64,000 bases of DNA. It comes from Sminthopsis crassicaudata. Lineage: Eukaryota. Positions 1 to 12,538 of this stretch are shown here, piece by piece. The notes under the pieces were generated by a model. It was not told the origin of the DNA. It ran no database searches and worked only from the letters and a program-made list of their open reading frames with translations. A program made the translations under genes and the position numbers. Within the stretch, counting starts at the first letter, position 1. Every line of letters starts with the position of its first letter. Location of the stretch: positions 181,248,937-181,312,936 of the forward strand of contig NC_133617.1 in NCBI RefSeq assembly GCF_048593235.1. Direction: 5' to 3'.

Positions 1-37
1 GAAGAAGTAGCCTCCAAAGGAAAAGGAGCCAGCAAGG

Positions 38-245
38 CAGTGGTTTGCTGGAGCCAGATCATACCTGCTTATCCATTGTTAAATTTTCAGTGTGAGTATT
101 TACCCCTTTGAAATTGGAAAATGCTATTAATTTAGAATTTGGATTATTGGGGTTTTTTTTCATTGCTTAAGAATATGATAGAGAAAATATTAATGATACA
201 GATTAAAACTAAAGTATACTATGTAAATTCATTTACCAGCATACT
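38..245. mobile_element. Putative non-autonomous hAT-type DNA transposon (MITE) relic
   Basis: Ends cagtggtttgctgg...ttaccagcatact resemble degenerate TIRs; interior resembles a common marsupial MITE as recalled; no TSD found. Confidence 0.45.
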
Positions 246-699
246 CTTTCAAGGAGGCTACCAATAACAGAAATATTTGTTATTAGCCATTTATTAGCTT
301 GGAACAAAAGATGTGTCAGAATAGTTGGAGACTTCCCAATGCAACTATGTATTGACTGAAAGCCACAGTCAATTTAGAACTGAGTCATCTTCATGTATCT
401 TAAATAAAATGTAGAACTTCTTGGGAAATGTCTGATCTGATAATCAATACTCACTTTAGGTGGGAATGTAAGAATGAGTCGACAGAAGTCAAAGTATTAC
501 AGAGTCCAGGGCAGAGAACTGAAGAATTTCAACATGTGGTACTTTCATCATTGTTAGTGATTGATGGTTACACCAGATGAGGTATATGGGGAGTGAACAG
601 CTGGTGTAAGAAGTACACTGGTAAAAAAGGTGGTGTAAAAGTATAGAATTTTATTTTTTAGATCAGAGATTAAGATACAGTGATAATGAACTTTTGATT

Positions 700-1555
700 G
701 GGAATGGAGTCCATGTAATCGGGACCAGGGAGAATGCATTTGCCTAGAGACTTGTTAATTTGATCCAGAGGGTTTTAAATAAAAAGTAAAAGGGGAAGGA
801 AATCATTACCTACAAACAAGTAGCAAACCAGATACTTAAGAATGATTATATATGACACATGAAGAATTATGGTGGAAGAATTTTTTAAGAGACAGGAGAA
901 ATTTAGCAAAAACGAATAATCCTCTTGGCCTCAGCTGCCTTTACCAGTTCAGAGAATATGGAAAATAAACAAAATGAGCTAGAAATCTCAATGCCAGAAG
1001 GAAAATATGTCTTCACAGGTATCATTGAGATATAATTGACTATGATTCATAACTAAAATACAATAACAGAACATAGACATTCAGTTCAGAAAGATTAAAT
1101 AAAACTGATAATATTTGGTATTGTTTAAAAAACTTCATTTTTCTTTGTTTCCTTAATAATTGCTTTGAGGAAATTTATGAATCTAAGGCAAAAAAAAATG
1201 ATGAAGAGTGTAATACAAAAGGAGTAAAAGACAAGAGAAAGAGAGCATAATGAGATTATACTATGGATGACCTAGTCAGAAAGATGAATTGGATGTTTAG
1301 TTCTTATTGCAAATGTCAAGCTGGCATGGAAACTGGTTATAGTTATGATGGGAAACTTGAGTAACCTAGATATATCTTTCTGTAGTCTCTCTCTGCCAAA
1401 AACAGAGAAGTGTACAGTATCTTGAATTGCTTGCTGATAATATCCCACTTTAAAGGACAGAGGATACACTGAAGAAAACTATGATTTTGGTTCTGATTCT
1501 GATCAATAAAGAGAAACTAATTGGTGAAATGGAAATCATAGGAACATTAGACATG
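700..1555 (+). mobile_element. L3/CR1 LINE relic, ORF2 endonuclease region
   Basis: Degenerate translations MENKQNELEISMPEGKYVFTGIIEI (from 958), VMMGNLSNLDIS and LVLILINKEKLIGEMEIIGTL match CR1 APE motifs MGNKQEELE..YDxIGITETW, VVMGDFNYPDI and LDLILTNREELV..GTLG. Confidence 0.75.
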
Positions 1556-2192
1556 CAATTAGCATGGGATCTTGATAGAGTTTTGTGAGAATTCCCTAGA
1601 GATCTACATCAGTTCATCATAGTGTCATGTGGATGTTGTTCCTGCCTTGGTCTACCCCCCAGTTCTCTTTTGTAGGTTGAATTCCTGTAGGAGATGATTT
1701 CCAGATTTAAGATACTCTGTTTCTGCAATCCTCAAACTATAGTCTTAAACTCCCAGTGACATGTTTACCTTTAATAGTAAACCAATTTGCTCAAAACAAA
1801 GGCATTTAGTCCACTGGCATAATAAAAAAAAAATAGCCATAGAAACATTACTTTTATAAACCTGGAATACATTATCTTACAAATATTTACACAAAAAGTG
1901 GTCATACATACAAGAAAGGTTAAAAAAGTGTCAAAACCTCAGTTTCTATTACCTGTCTCACATATTTTTTGATACCATCAAATAGACTAGGAAGAAATAA
2001 ATTATTCAGGGGATATCCTAGTTAATTTCTGCCTCGACACAGGCAACCTAAGGTTCTTGATGGTTTTGTCTGCCAAGTTCCAATTCAGACATATCCTAAT
2101 AGGCTATAAAGAATTCAAGTACAGGCTTGATCATGAACTTTGTTGTCTGAGTGATTTCAGATCAGCTAAGTGCTGAAATCTTGTTGGCTGGC

Positions 2193-2384
2193 NNNNNNNN
2201 NNNNNNNNNNNNNNNNNNNNNNNNNNNNNNNNNNNNNNNNNNNNNNNNNNNNNNNNNNNNNNNNNNNNNNNNNNNNNNNNNNNNNNNNNNNNNNNNNNNN
2301 NNNNNNNNNNNNNNNNNNNNNNNNNNNNNNNNNNNNNNNNNNNNNNNNNNNNNNNNNNNNNNNNNNNNNNNNNNNNNNNNNNNN
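2193..2384. other. Assembly gap (192 N)
   Basis: Run of N. Confidence 1.
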
Positions 2385-2465
2385 GAGATTGTTAACCATA
2401 AGGAGAATAAATTAAAGTCTTGGAAAGTAAGTCCAGATGATCTTGAAATTGCTGAACTATAATCG
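2385..2465 (+). mobile_element. L3/CR1 continuation (EN-RT linker)
   Basis: EIVNHKENKLKSWKVSPDDLEIAEL loosely matches CR1 KSPGPDxxHPRVLKELA. Confidence 0.45.
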
Positions 2466-2469
2466 CAGA

Positions 2470-3230
2470 AGCTGTAGAGCTGCATATATCAAATAAATCA
2501 AATTGACTAGAATGGAAAATGCATGAAAGGCAGTAATATGAAATAGAACTGGGAAGATAAATAGGAATTTGATGGTGGAGGACATTTAAAGCTAAGAGGT
2601 ATTTGTATTTTATCCTGGAGGCCATAGGGAATCACTGAAGCTTTTTGAGTTGGAGAATGATATCATTAAGCCTGTTTTACAAATATTATGTGGTCAAATT
2701 GGAGTCAAGGAGAGAGGAGAAAACAAGCAGAGAGACCAATTAAGAGGTTATCAGATATTCTAGGCAAGACATGGTGAGAGCTTAAACTGAAATAGAGGCT
2801 ATACAAGGTGAAACAAGGGGACAGATAGAAAAATATTGTAGACAATATAGAGGTAGAATCTATAAGACTTGGCAGCTCATTGGATTTTGGAGGTAAAGAG
2901 TGTTAAGAGTCCAAATCACTTCAGTGTTGTAAACTTAGGGGACTGGAAGAATAATAATGCCCTCAAAGAGAATGGAAATTGGAAGAAGAATTTGGGAAAT
3001 AATTATGTAATCAGTTTTGGACATGATGAATTTGAGATATCTGTAGGACTTTGGGGTAGAGATGTCCATAAGGAAGTTGTGTTATATAATTTGAATTCAG
3101 AAGAAATATGAGATATGGATGTGTAGATTTGTGAGTCTGGAAACATAAAAAGGTAGACATGAATGAAAAATGATAAAGGACTAAACAAGGATAAATTATC
3201 TACATTCAAATATGAGGACATGATCAATAT
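2470..3230 (-). mobile_element. L2 LINE fragment
   Basis: Typical antisense L2 text (gaggtagaatctataagacttggcagctcattgg...ttttggacatgatgaatttgagat). Confidence 0.75.
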
Positions 3231-3299
3231 GCCTTTTCAGACCCTATCATTATCAAAGTAGTAGAGGGAGTTCAATTACACAAGGTCTGGCAGCCATTC

Positions 3300-3870
3300 T
3301 ATTATAGTTTGATGATCTTAAGAAAAGAATGGAAAGAGAGGGGAAGAAGAATGCTTTGGAGATGGGGTAGAAAGGGAAAAGGAAATTCAGGGGAAATTAT
3401 CTCACATAATCAGGGTGTACAAGTACAAGCAAGAAGTAGGGTTAAGAGGTAGTTGCAAATACTTGAACCTCATTCTCCTCTGGATTGATTAAATAAAGGA
3501 ATAACATATACACACACACTAAGAGTTAAGATACAGAAGTATGTTTTACTCAATATGTAAATAGGAGAGAAAAGGGAGAAAAGAAGAAAGGAATTTAAAG
3601 TGAGGGTACATTAAAGAAAATTTCAGTCTTACGCAAAACAAATTCTAAGAATGTACAAAAATATTTATAGCTTTTTCTGAGGGGCAAAACAATGGTATTT
3701 GAGAAAACTGGAAAATGAACAAGTTGTAGTATATAAATGTGATAAAATAGTATTGTGCTGAATATAGCAGTGTAATGACTAATCATGATTCCAGAGACCT
3801 ATTGATGAAACATGCTATACACCTCCTGTTAGAGAGGCAAAGAATTTAGAATGCACAATGAGGTGTATAC
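3300..3870 (+). mobile_element. Old L1 fragments
   Basis: Marsupial L1 inter-ORF-like text (cttgaacctcattctc...acacacacac) and an old 3' end fragment. Confidence 0.55.
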
Positions 3871-4722
3871 TAGTCTCCAGTCAATCAGTGCTATGGAATA
3901 GAAAGGGCCTCATTTGAGACTGGATAAAATTTATCACACATTATCAGGTTGCCTTCAGAGTGTTCAGGAAGACATGAATACTACCAGACAAAGTAGATGG
4001 AATATGTATCTGGAACTGCAAGATGTTACTGGGGAGAGGATGAGGATATGAGAGTTTCAGGATGAATGAATGAGTCAAGCTTTGGAATGGAAGGAATTAA
4101 GACCAGAGCTAGGAGTGTAGGGATAGGCAAAGGGAAGTAGATCACGGTCAGGACAAAGAAGTTTGGGAAGATCTGGGCAAAGGAACTGACTGAAGGACTT
4201 CTAAATTTGTTAAAACACTATTAAAAGATAAAATTATATAAATTAAATACTAAACTTAATGTGCTGGCTATGTGCATTGAAACCAGTCTAAGAATATGGT
4301 AGACCACTATAGGAAGTGAGCAATCAAAGAATTCTAAGCAAGCCAAGAAACTTAACTTAGTACTCTTGACCCTTTCATTTTTCAAGTGACCTCCATTCAT
4401 AGGAAATGGGAAGAATCTTCTCTCTGTCAAGGCTTCTTGGGAAAATAGATCTGAAACTTTAATTTCCTACAAAAGCATCAGAAAGGAACCAGTGCAATTG
4501 AATGCTTTGTGGCCCATTGGCAGAGCAGTTAATCCCACAGGGGTTTCATGACACCCCAATGTTTTGTGCATCATCCAATTTTTTTTTACAAAATTCTGAC
4601 AGTATAACTCATATTTTTCTTTTTTAAATTAAATATATTCTTTAAATAAATAAATATTAACTTTAAAAATTTATATCATAATGTACAATATATATTTTAC
4701 AGTCTCATCTCAATTTATCCTT

Positions 4723-4804
4723 TTTTCTTTTAATATATGTAAATATATACGTACATGTGTATATGTACATATGTATGTATATATTTACATATATTAAAAG
4801 AAAA
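4723..4804. repeat. 82-bp near-perfect AT-rich palindrome
   Basis: 34-bp arms 4723-4756 and 4771-4804 are reverse complements with one mismatch; the 14-bp spacer also pairs partially. Confidence 0.95.
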
Positions 4805-4939
4805 CTTTTAAACACACTTATGCAACCTGCATTTTTAGGGAAAGGAATAGAAGAAGGAATGGAATGACAAAATAATTAATACAGAGTTTCAAAACTTTAT
4901 AGAAGATCTGAGATTGATGGGGTCAGGCAGTCTTTCTAC

Positions 4940-5570
4940 TCATTCATTCATTTATTCAACCAGAATTATGTGACTGCTGTATACCAGGCATTATACTAGA
5001 TATTTAGGATACAGAGTCAAATGGATACAAAGTCAAACATGAAATTGTCAGTCCCCCAAAGGTCTTTCTAGATTCTAAAAGAAGATATGACATGTACTTA
5101 GAAAATTAAATTGAGAATAATTTTGAGGGCTGGGAAAAGGGCACTAACAACTGGAGAAGATCAGAATAGGTTCTCTGTAGGAGGCTGCATTTCAACTGAA
5201 TTTTGAAGGAAGAGTGGAGTGAAAATGGAGTACATTTAAAGGTTGAGAAATGGCCTGTGCAAAAGTATGGAGAGGAGAATGAAAAAACAAAAACAAAAAA
5301 AAAAAACAACAAGACTCATCTAGCTGAAATTGTGGAGTATTGGAGTGAGGGTAATGTGCAATAAAGCTGAAACCATATAGTAAAAGGCAAATAGAGAAAT
5401 TTGTTTTTGATCTTAGAAGTAAGAAACTACAATGAACCCACTGTAGTTTTTTGAGGTTGGGAGAATCATGTACTTTAGGAACTTCAATTTGGTAGATGTT
5501 TGGGTGGATTGAAGAAGGAAATAAACAGAGACTAGGGGAACATTTAGGAGACTAATGCAATTTCTAGGAT
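4940..5570 (-). mobile_element. L2 3' end and upstream fragment
   Basis: attcattcattcat tail followed by antisense L2 3' terminal motif. Confidence 0.7.
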
Positions 5571-5936
5571 AATTTTTCATAACATGATATTAAAATGAGG
5601 TTGTTTTGAAAAATTATACTTGTGGGCAGTATTTTTTTTATCCTTGTCTCTTCCAAAATGATTAAAATATCTCTTTTTTGGTTAAATTCTCAAATATACA
5701 CATACACATATTCTTGAATAGTAAACATTAAATTACTCTCAAAAAATGCAGAGAAGATTGTGAAAAACAGCAAAAATAGTACTTGTGAGTAATAACCTTC
5801 AGGGAAATAAACTTAAGGATATAAAGATAAAAATGTCTAGAATCAGTGATTTATGACAATATAATGTCTATCAATTGTTACTTATCCAGAGGGTGATTAT
5901 GTTGTCTTGACATTTCGATGTTTTTCAGCATCTCCT

Positions 5937-5949
5937 TCAGAATATAGGG
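5937..5949 (-). CDS. Candidate terminal coding exon (S-P-I-F-stop) of an unidentified minus-strand gene; 3' UTR would continue leftward
   Basis: Strong acceptor cttcctctctcttcctcag|ccctatattctga in unique DNA; phase-compatible with exon 10893-10948. Confidence 0.4.
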
Positions 5950-6039
5950 CTGAGGAAGAGAGAGGAAGTGACACATAAGCCAATCAATCTTTTCCCTAAC
6001 TAATCATGCCAAATGGCTGAGTTATGGAATAATGAAAAA

Positions 6040-6555
6040 AACATAGTAATGGAAAAAATGAGCACAGAATTTGGAGTCAGAAGTCCTAGGTTTGAATCCC
6101 TTGGCCCTGTTACTTATTAATATCATGATCTTGAGCAAGTCATAAAATTACAACCTCCAAGACTCCTTCCAGCGCAAAATTTTATAATTCTGGGTATAAT
6201 TCAGGGTTAAAAAAAAAAAAGAAAGAAAACTAGTTGGAATTAGAAAATGGAGGACATTTGGTTTTTATTTTATTTTTTTCAAAGAGGCAGAAGAAATTTA
6301 AATTACCTGGATAATGCCTGAATCCCAATTTCACTCAGGCTTTGTTTATATGACAGGTAAAGATATGGTCAACTAAATGGGGCAGTGACCTGGACTCAAA
6401 AAGACTAGAGGTTCAAATCTAGCCTCCAACACTTAACAACCTTGTGACCAAAGACAACTTGGTTTCCTTGTTGTTCGTAAGATCAAATGAAATGATATTT
6501 GTATGGTGCTTAATATAGTGCCTGACACATAATAGGTACTATATTATTATTATTA
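6040..6555 (+). mobile_element. Two MIR/CORE-SINE relics
   Basis: tRNA-like heads (ggagtcagaag..gtttgaatcc; ggttcaaatc) with CORE and tail motifs. Confidence 0.65.
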
Positions 6556-6750
6556 CCTACCTAAACAACTATGCTACAGTGCAATATACTTGTTTTCCTT
6601 CAGCCATTATAATTGTAGTTGACTTAAATATATATATATATATATATGTAATATATACATACATATGAATATATGTGTTTATTATGATATATGTATGTGC
6701 ATTTATTTTATATTGACACATATCTATTAATATACATATATGTGTATATT

Positions 6751-6889
6751 NNNNNNNNNNNNNNNNNNNNNNNNNNNNNNNNNNNNNNNNNNNNNNNNNN
6801 NNNNNNNNNNNNNNNNNNNNNNNNNNNNNNNNNNNNNNNNNNNNNNNNNNNNNNNNNNNNNNNNNNNNNNNNNNNNNNNNNNNNNNNNN
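6751..6889. other. Assembly gap (139 N) next to AT-rich low-complexity DNA
   Basis: Run of N preceded by (TA)-rich sequence. Confidence 1.
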
Positions 6890-7489
6890 GACTCAGTAGA
6901 TAGCGTACTGGACTTGGAGTCAGGAGCACTTAATTGTTTGAATGACAAATAGCATAGATAGAGCTGAACTCCTGTAGTCTTTCTGTGTGCTAGCAAACCA
7001 CAGTTCTCTGGTCAGCTTGGCAGGTATGAATGGTATGCATGGTCAAATATTTCCATTGACCCTTCTTCGGGCTACCAAGTTGAATATAATAGACTCAGTT
7101 ACTGGAGAATGTGGATGTCATTATGGTAGTGGGTTTAATGGGATAAGTGAGGACTCTAAAAGGGTGGTCCTTAAGAATGTCTAGATTTTTTTAAAGATGA
7201 AGAAGTGTCATCTGTTCCTGTCATGGTTTACATTAGGAAGAACACTGGTTGTTTGAAATAAATTCTCCCAAGTTTCTAAAATAGCAAGCATGAAACTATT
7301 ATCTGTTCAAAGGCAGTTAAGTTCTATGATTTAGGTTTTCCTGGGCAAATATGCACAAAAATTGTAATTTTTGTACATATTAAAATGAGGTTTACTATAT
7401 TCATTTGTATAGGCTAAAGAAATAATTGAGTTACACCAAACCTTCCACAACAGGAAATATTATTTTAAAAAGTACTACTAATAGTGATC

Positions 7490-7755
7490 ACTTTTGGTTT
7501 GTTGCCATCATAGGCAATCATATGTAGTTTTGTTGTGTCCTCCTCTTCATGATCCCTTTTGGGATTTTCTTGGCAAAGATACTGGAGTGGTTTGCCATTT
7601 CTTTCTTCAGCTCATTTTACAGATAAGAAAATTGAGGCAAACCAGGTTAAGTAACTTGCTCAAGATCAGCTACCAGGTGTCAGAAGCCAAATTTGAATTC
7701 AGGAAGATGAGTCTTCCTTACTCTATCATCCAGTTGGGCCACCTAGCTGCCTCTA
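7490..7755 (-). mobile_element. Mar1-type CORE-SINE
   Basis: ttttcttggcaaagatactggagtggtttgccatttc (RTE/BovB-like tail), CORE, and antisense head gccacctagctgcc. Confidence 0.85.
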
Positions 7756-7979
7756 TCACGTGCACATAAATATATAAAATGTTCTTTATAATGATGTTTC
7801 CTCCATTCATTATTTGTCTTGATTCATTATGTTCCCAAATATAAAGTATGATCTTGTTATTTTATTTGTCTTTTCCATCATTTTCTCAATCATTTGATTT
7901 CAAAAACTCAGTTACTTTTAACTGTCATCCCTCTTTATCCATTATCTGTTACCGAACTCTATTGATTCTTTGCTGTCAT

Positions 7980-9060
7980 AGGCAGCTAGGTAGGACAGTA
8001 GATAGAGTGCTAGATCTGGAGTTGGGTAGAACTAATTTTTTTTAAGAATTTTTTCCCCACATTATGTATGTATGAGTAATTTTTTATAATATTATGCCTT
8101 GTATTCATTTTTCCAAATTATACCCCCCCTCTACTCCCTCCCCTTGATGACAGGCAATCCCATACATTTTACATATGTACAATATAACCTAGATACAATA
8201 TATGTGTGTAAATCCACTTTTCTTGTTGCACATTAAGTATTAGATTCCGAAGGTATAAGTAACCTGGGTAGATAGACAGTAGTGCTAACAATTTACATTC
8301 ACTTTCCAGTGTTCCTTCTCTGGGTGTAGTTATTTCTGTCCATCATTGATCAACTGGAAGTGAGTTGGATCTTCTTTATGTTGAAGATATCCACTTCCAC
8401 CAGAATACATCCTCATACATCATTGAAGTGTACAGAGATCTTCTGCTTCTATTCATTTCACTCAGCATCAGTTGATGCAAGTCTCTCCAAGCCTCTCTGT
8501 ATTCCTCCTGCTGGTCATTTCTTACAGAGCAATAATATTCCATAACCTTCATATACCATAATTTACCCAACCATTCTCCAATTGATGGACATCCATTCAT
8601 CTTCCAGGTCCTAGCCACTACAAAAAGAGCTGCCACAAACATTTTGGCACATACAGGTCCCTTTCCGCTCTTTAGTATTTCTTTGGGATATAAGCCCAAT
8701 AACAGCAATGCTGGGTCAAAGGGTATGCACAGTTTGATAACTTTTTGGGCATAGTTCCAAATTGTTCTCCAGAATGGCTGGATTCTTTCACAACTCCACC
8801 AACATTGTATTAGTGTCCCAGTTTTCCCACATCCCCTCCAACATTCATCATTATTTGAAGAACTAAGTTTTAATCTGGTCTTCAGACATCTAACTGAGAC
8901 TCTAAGCAAGTCCACTTATCTTCTGTCTACCTTAGTTTCCTCAGATGCAAAATGAAGATCATAATAGCACCTACTTTCCAAGATTGTAATGAGGATCAAA
9001 TGAGATTATTGTAACACACTTAGTCCAGTGCATGGCACAAATAAGTGCTTTATAAGTATT
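7980..9060 (+). mobile_element. CORE-SINE split by an L1 insertion
   Basis: Head ggcagctagg..gatagagtgc at 7981-8035 resumes at 8859 with gttttaatctggtcttcagac and the CORE. Confidence 0.75.
8036..8858 (-). mobile_element. 5'-truncated L1 (ORF2 C-terminus + 3' UTR)
   Basis: ORF 8376-8915 reads CWRGCGKTGTLIQCWW...WNYAQKVIKLCIPFDPA (L1 ORF2 Cys-rich domain); TSD agaactaa(t/g)tttt at 8028 and 8859; TTTT/AA target. Confidence 0.95.
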
Positions 9061-9614
9061 TAGGTGTTTGTTTTCCTTTCCCCTACTCATATATCTATTT
9101 CTTCCTTTTTATTATCACTGTTTCTAATGTACTCTAGTTTATATCCTCAACAACCTTATACCTAGACTATTTTAAGAACTTCCCCACTGGTCTCCCTCTA
9201 ACTTCTTTTGCACAATGTGATTTAATTTATCTTTCTAAAATATAGTTTTAGTCTTGTCACTCCATTTCTCAAATACTTTTAATCACAAATCTATCTCCTT
9301 AGTTTGCTATTTGCTATTCATATAATACTGTGGTAGCTCTAACTGGTTTTTCCAGTGTATCCAAGCATAAACCCCTTGTTTCAGACAGAAAGCATAATAT
9401 GAATTTTGTGTTCCCACTTCTTTGTTCAGTACATTCTCCCTTCCAAGACTTCTCTTCCCCTTGTTTCTATATTTCCTAATCTTCCCCATCCCTTAAAGCA
9501 TATCTTAAATATTTGCTTTTTGAAATATCCCTGGCCTTTTTAGCCCATAGTGATCACATCTTCTCAGAATTCCTACTACATTTATTTGACTGTATATTTT
9601 GATACTAATCATAA

Positions 9615-9850
9615 TGCACTAAGTGGTTTAGTGGATAGAGTGCTGGGTGTAGAGTCAGGAAGATTCATCTTCCTGAGTTCTAAACTGGCTTCAGATATCA
9701 ACTGATTGTGTGATCCTGTTGGCTTTAGTTCCCACATCTGTAAAATGAGTTGGAGAAGAAAATGGTAAATCACTCAAATATTTTTGTCAGGAATACCACA
9801 AATGGGGTCCAAAAGAGTTGGACATCACTGAAAAATGACTGAACTATAAA
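9615..9850 (+). mobile_element. Mar1-type CORE-SINE
   Basis: Head gtggatagagtgctgg, CORE, and RTE-like tail ggggtcc..gagttggacatcactgaa. Confidence 0.8.
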
Positions 9851-10892
9851 TCATTTAATTTTTCATGTACTTCATGCTTCATACTCCAAGTAAACTAAAG
9901 AGAATTAACATTTTGGACTAGGAACTTTGTCTCTGGTGTTGTCATAAGTGGGGCATTCCTCCTCGTCTTCTGATAGCATAGCTTCTGAAGTCCCATAGAG
10001 ATCTTTTCAGGGATTAGGCTGCCTCTTCTTACATAACTATGCCCATGAAGTGGGCATAGTATACATTACTGTGCTACTTGCCAAACCAACTGAAATTGCC
10101 TTGACTTCAGTTTCTTCTGGTTATAGCTCTTTCAGACTATAATTTTCTTTAGGATAGAGACCATATTTTATAATTCCTATATTCTTCACAACACATACTT
10201 GTTATCTCTTTTCCCCCCAAGAAATGTTTTTTTTTTTCTTTCTTTTACAAAACAAAATCCACTGGAATTAGAATTTACATTGACTCTTTTCTAATGAAAC
10301 TGACCATAGATTTCCCTCATCATTCTCAAAGAGAACCAATGTTATTATGAGAGTGATGTCTTGACTTGTTCATGAATTGGATATATATCCACATAGTTAA
10401 AAAAATAACATACTGTTGTAAAATGAACCTAGGAATTCTACTCTCTGCTGCTTATGGACCTAGGCTCTACCCTCTGCTGTGTCTAGAGACATGAACTCAT
10501 AGGACCTCAGGGAAGGGACTCTCTCTGGGCCTTAGTTTTCCAATTTTAAAATGTGTTGGGAGACAAGATTGATGAAATTATTTTTGAGGTATAATATATT
10601 ATCTACGGTTTGATGAGTAAATTGATTGCTCTACATCTTTGAACCATAGAGAAGTCTGAGGTAAGCTCTGACTCCCCTTCTCCCAATGAAGTAGATAAGT
10701 GGGTCTAGCATCCTCAAGAGGATGTTAATAATAATAGGTCTGAGATTTCACACTGCTAAAAGTACTATGTAGGACCAGGAAATAACAATTATCACCTGTG
10801 TGCTGTTTTTTCCTTTATGCATTGATCTGGATTTTGGAGTTGGGATAGAGGGTGGGGAGGGAAGAATGAGGCATTTTCTTAGGTTTCCTTAC

Positions 10893-10948
10893 CTTGAAGC
10901 TGCTGCAATTCTGAATGGCTGGTTTTTCAGGGTATCGTATATCCTTTT
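10893..10948 (-). CDS. Candidate 56-nt internal coding exon (KRIYDTLKNQPFRIAAAS)
   Basis: Acceptor ttgtgcctgttttag| and donor AAG|GTAAGG; unique DNA with a retained CpG; open frame. Confidence 0.55.
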
Positions 10949-11949
10949 CTAAAACAGGCACAATTATAGTGTTTCCCCTTTATTTGTAGGAGAGAAGAGA
11001 GCTAAATGAAGCATGCAAATGCACTGAATTCCAAAGGATTTTTACTTAAGGGCAATAATCTCTTCCATTCCCCACAAAGCATCCTAAAAGAAAATATTCT
11101 TGTCACCAGGAATATTTTGGATATTGGATTTGAAATTCTAAACCCCTAGAACACTGAGAAATATAGTTCAAGTAATCCCTTCTGAATATAGTTCACATAC
11201 TCCGATTAAAGACTCCACTGGCTTTTCAAATTCTTTGCTTTGTGAGAATTCTGTTGTGTTGACTTTTACTTAAAACAAGTAAATTAGTAGTTGAACTTTG
11301 GAAATCTTTTTATTATACAGATTTTTTTTAAATGATAATTTTTGTAATAGAATTTAAACTAAATCTGACTCAAGACAAATTAAAAAATCAAAATAAGAAG
11401 TTTGGGTTCTTCCAGTCCCCTCCATTTGGGTTCTCCATCTCCTTTCTACCCCTAATCCTCACCATAAATTCCTATTCCCATTATCAAAATGTAAATGACC
11501 GATAATGGTCAATAGTGGGGAACTTCATTTATCTAAAAATAAATGACCATAGTTGGCCCTAATTCTATTAAGTCAAACATTCTATAACTTTACAGATTAA
11601 TTTAAAGAATTGCAAAGGAAGCAGAGAACAATTGACGTACCCATGATCACACAAATATCATGTGTTAGAATCAGGATTTGAAACCACTTCATACTGCTTT
11701 TAGGTCCAGTGCTTTCTCCAATACATGAAACTGACTCTCAAATATTCTATTTAGGGATCTTAAAATTAGAGTGAAAAGAAATCTGAATAGAATCAGATAG
11801 AATCCTAGTTCTGTCATGACTCATGTTGTGACCTTAGTTAAATTATTTACCTTCATTTAACTGTTTTGTGTCTCAGTTTATTAATCTGTAAAACTAAGGG
11901 ATTAAGAAATGTTCATCTAAGCTTCCTTCTAACATGGACACTCAACTGA

Positions 11950-12470
11950 TAAGGGATGGTATATATATTGGCACTTCATTAAAAGACCAGCAAATAATTT
12001 CAGAAAAACCTGGAATGGTGATAAGCAAAGTGAACAGAACCAAAAGTACACAATAACAAGATTATATGATGATCAACTGAGATGAACTTGGCTCTTTTCA
12101 ACAATGAGGTGATTCAAAGACAATTCCAGCAGACTTGGAATGGAAATTACCACCCATATCCAGAGAGAGGACTATGAGACTTAATGTGGATCATAGTATT
12201 CTCACCCTTTTGTTTTGTTGATGTTTGTTTGCTTGTTTTTCTTTTCTTTTTTTTGGTGTCCTCCCCTTTATCTGATTTTTCTTATTCAGTATGATTAATA
12301 TGGAAACATGTTTAGAAGACTTGCACATGTTTAACCTATGTCAGATTGGTAGGGAAGAGAAGAAAGAGGGACAAAAAATTGTAACACAAGGTTTTGAAAA
12401 AGTGAATATTGAAAATTATCTTTGCATGTATTTGGGAAAATAAGATACTATTTTAAAAAAAGAAAAAAAA
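11950..12470 (+). mobile_element. L1 3' end
   Basis: gatgatcaact..ggctcttttcaacaatgag, marsupial L1 3' UTR, A-rich tail. Confidence 0.85.
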
Positions 12471-12508
12471 AGGCCAGAAAACACAGAGGATAAAAACTTA
12501 AGACTTAC

Positions 12509-12538
12509 TCTAGAAAGTTGATCATTAAGCACATAGTC
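12509..12538 (-). CDS. Candidate 30-nt coding exon (DYVLNDQLSR)
   Basis: Acceptor gtatttttgtgttttcag| and donor AGA|GTAAGT; symmetric phase 0, in frame with the 56-nt exon. Confidence 0.5.
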
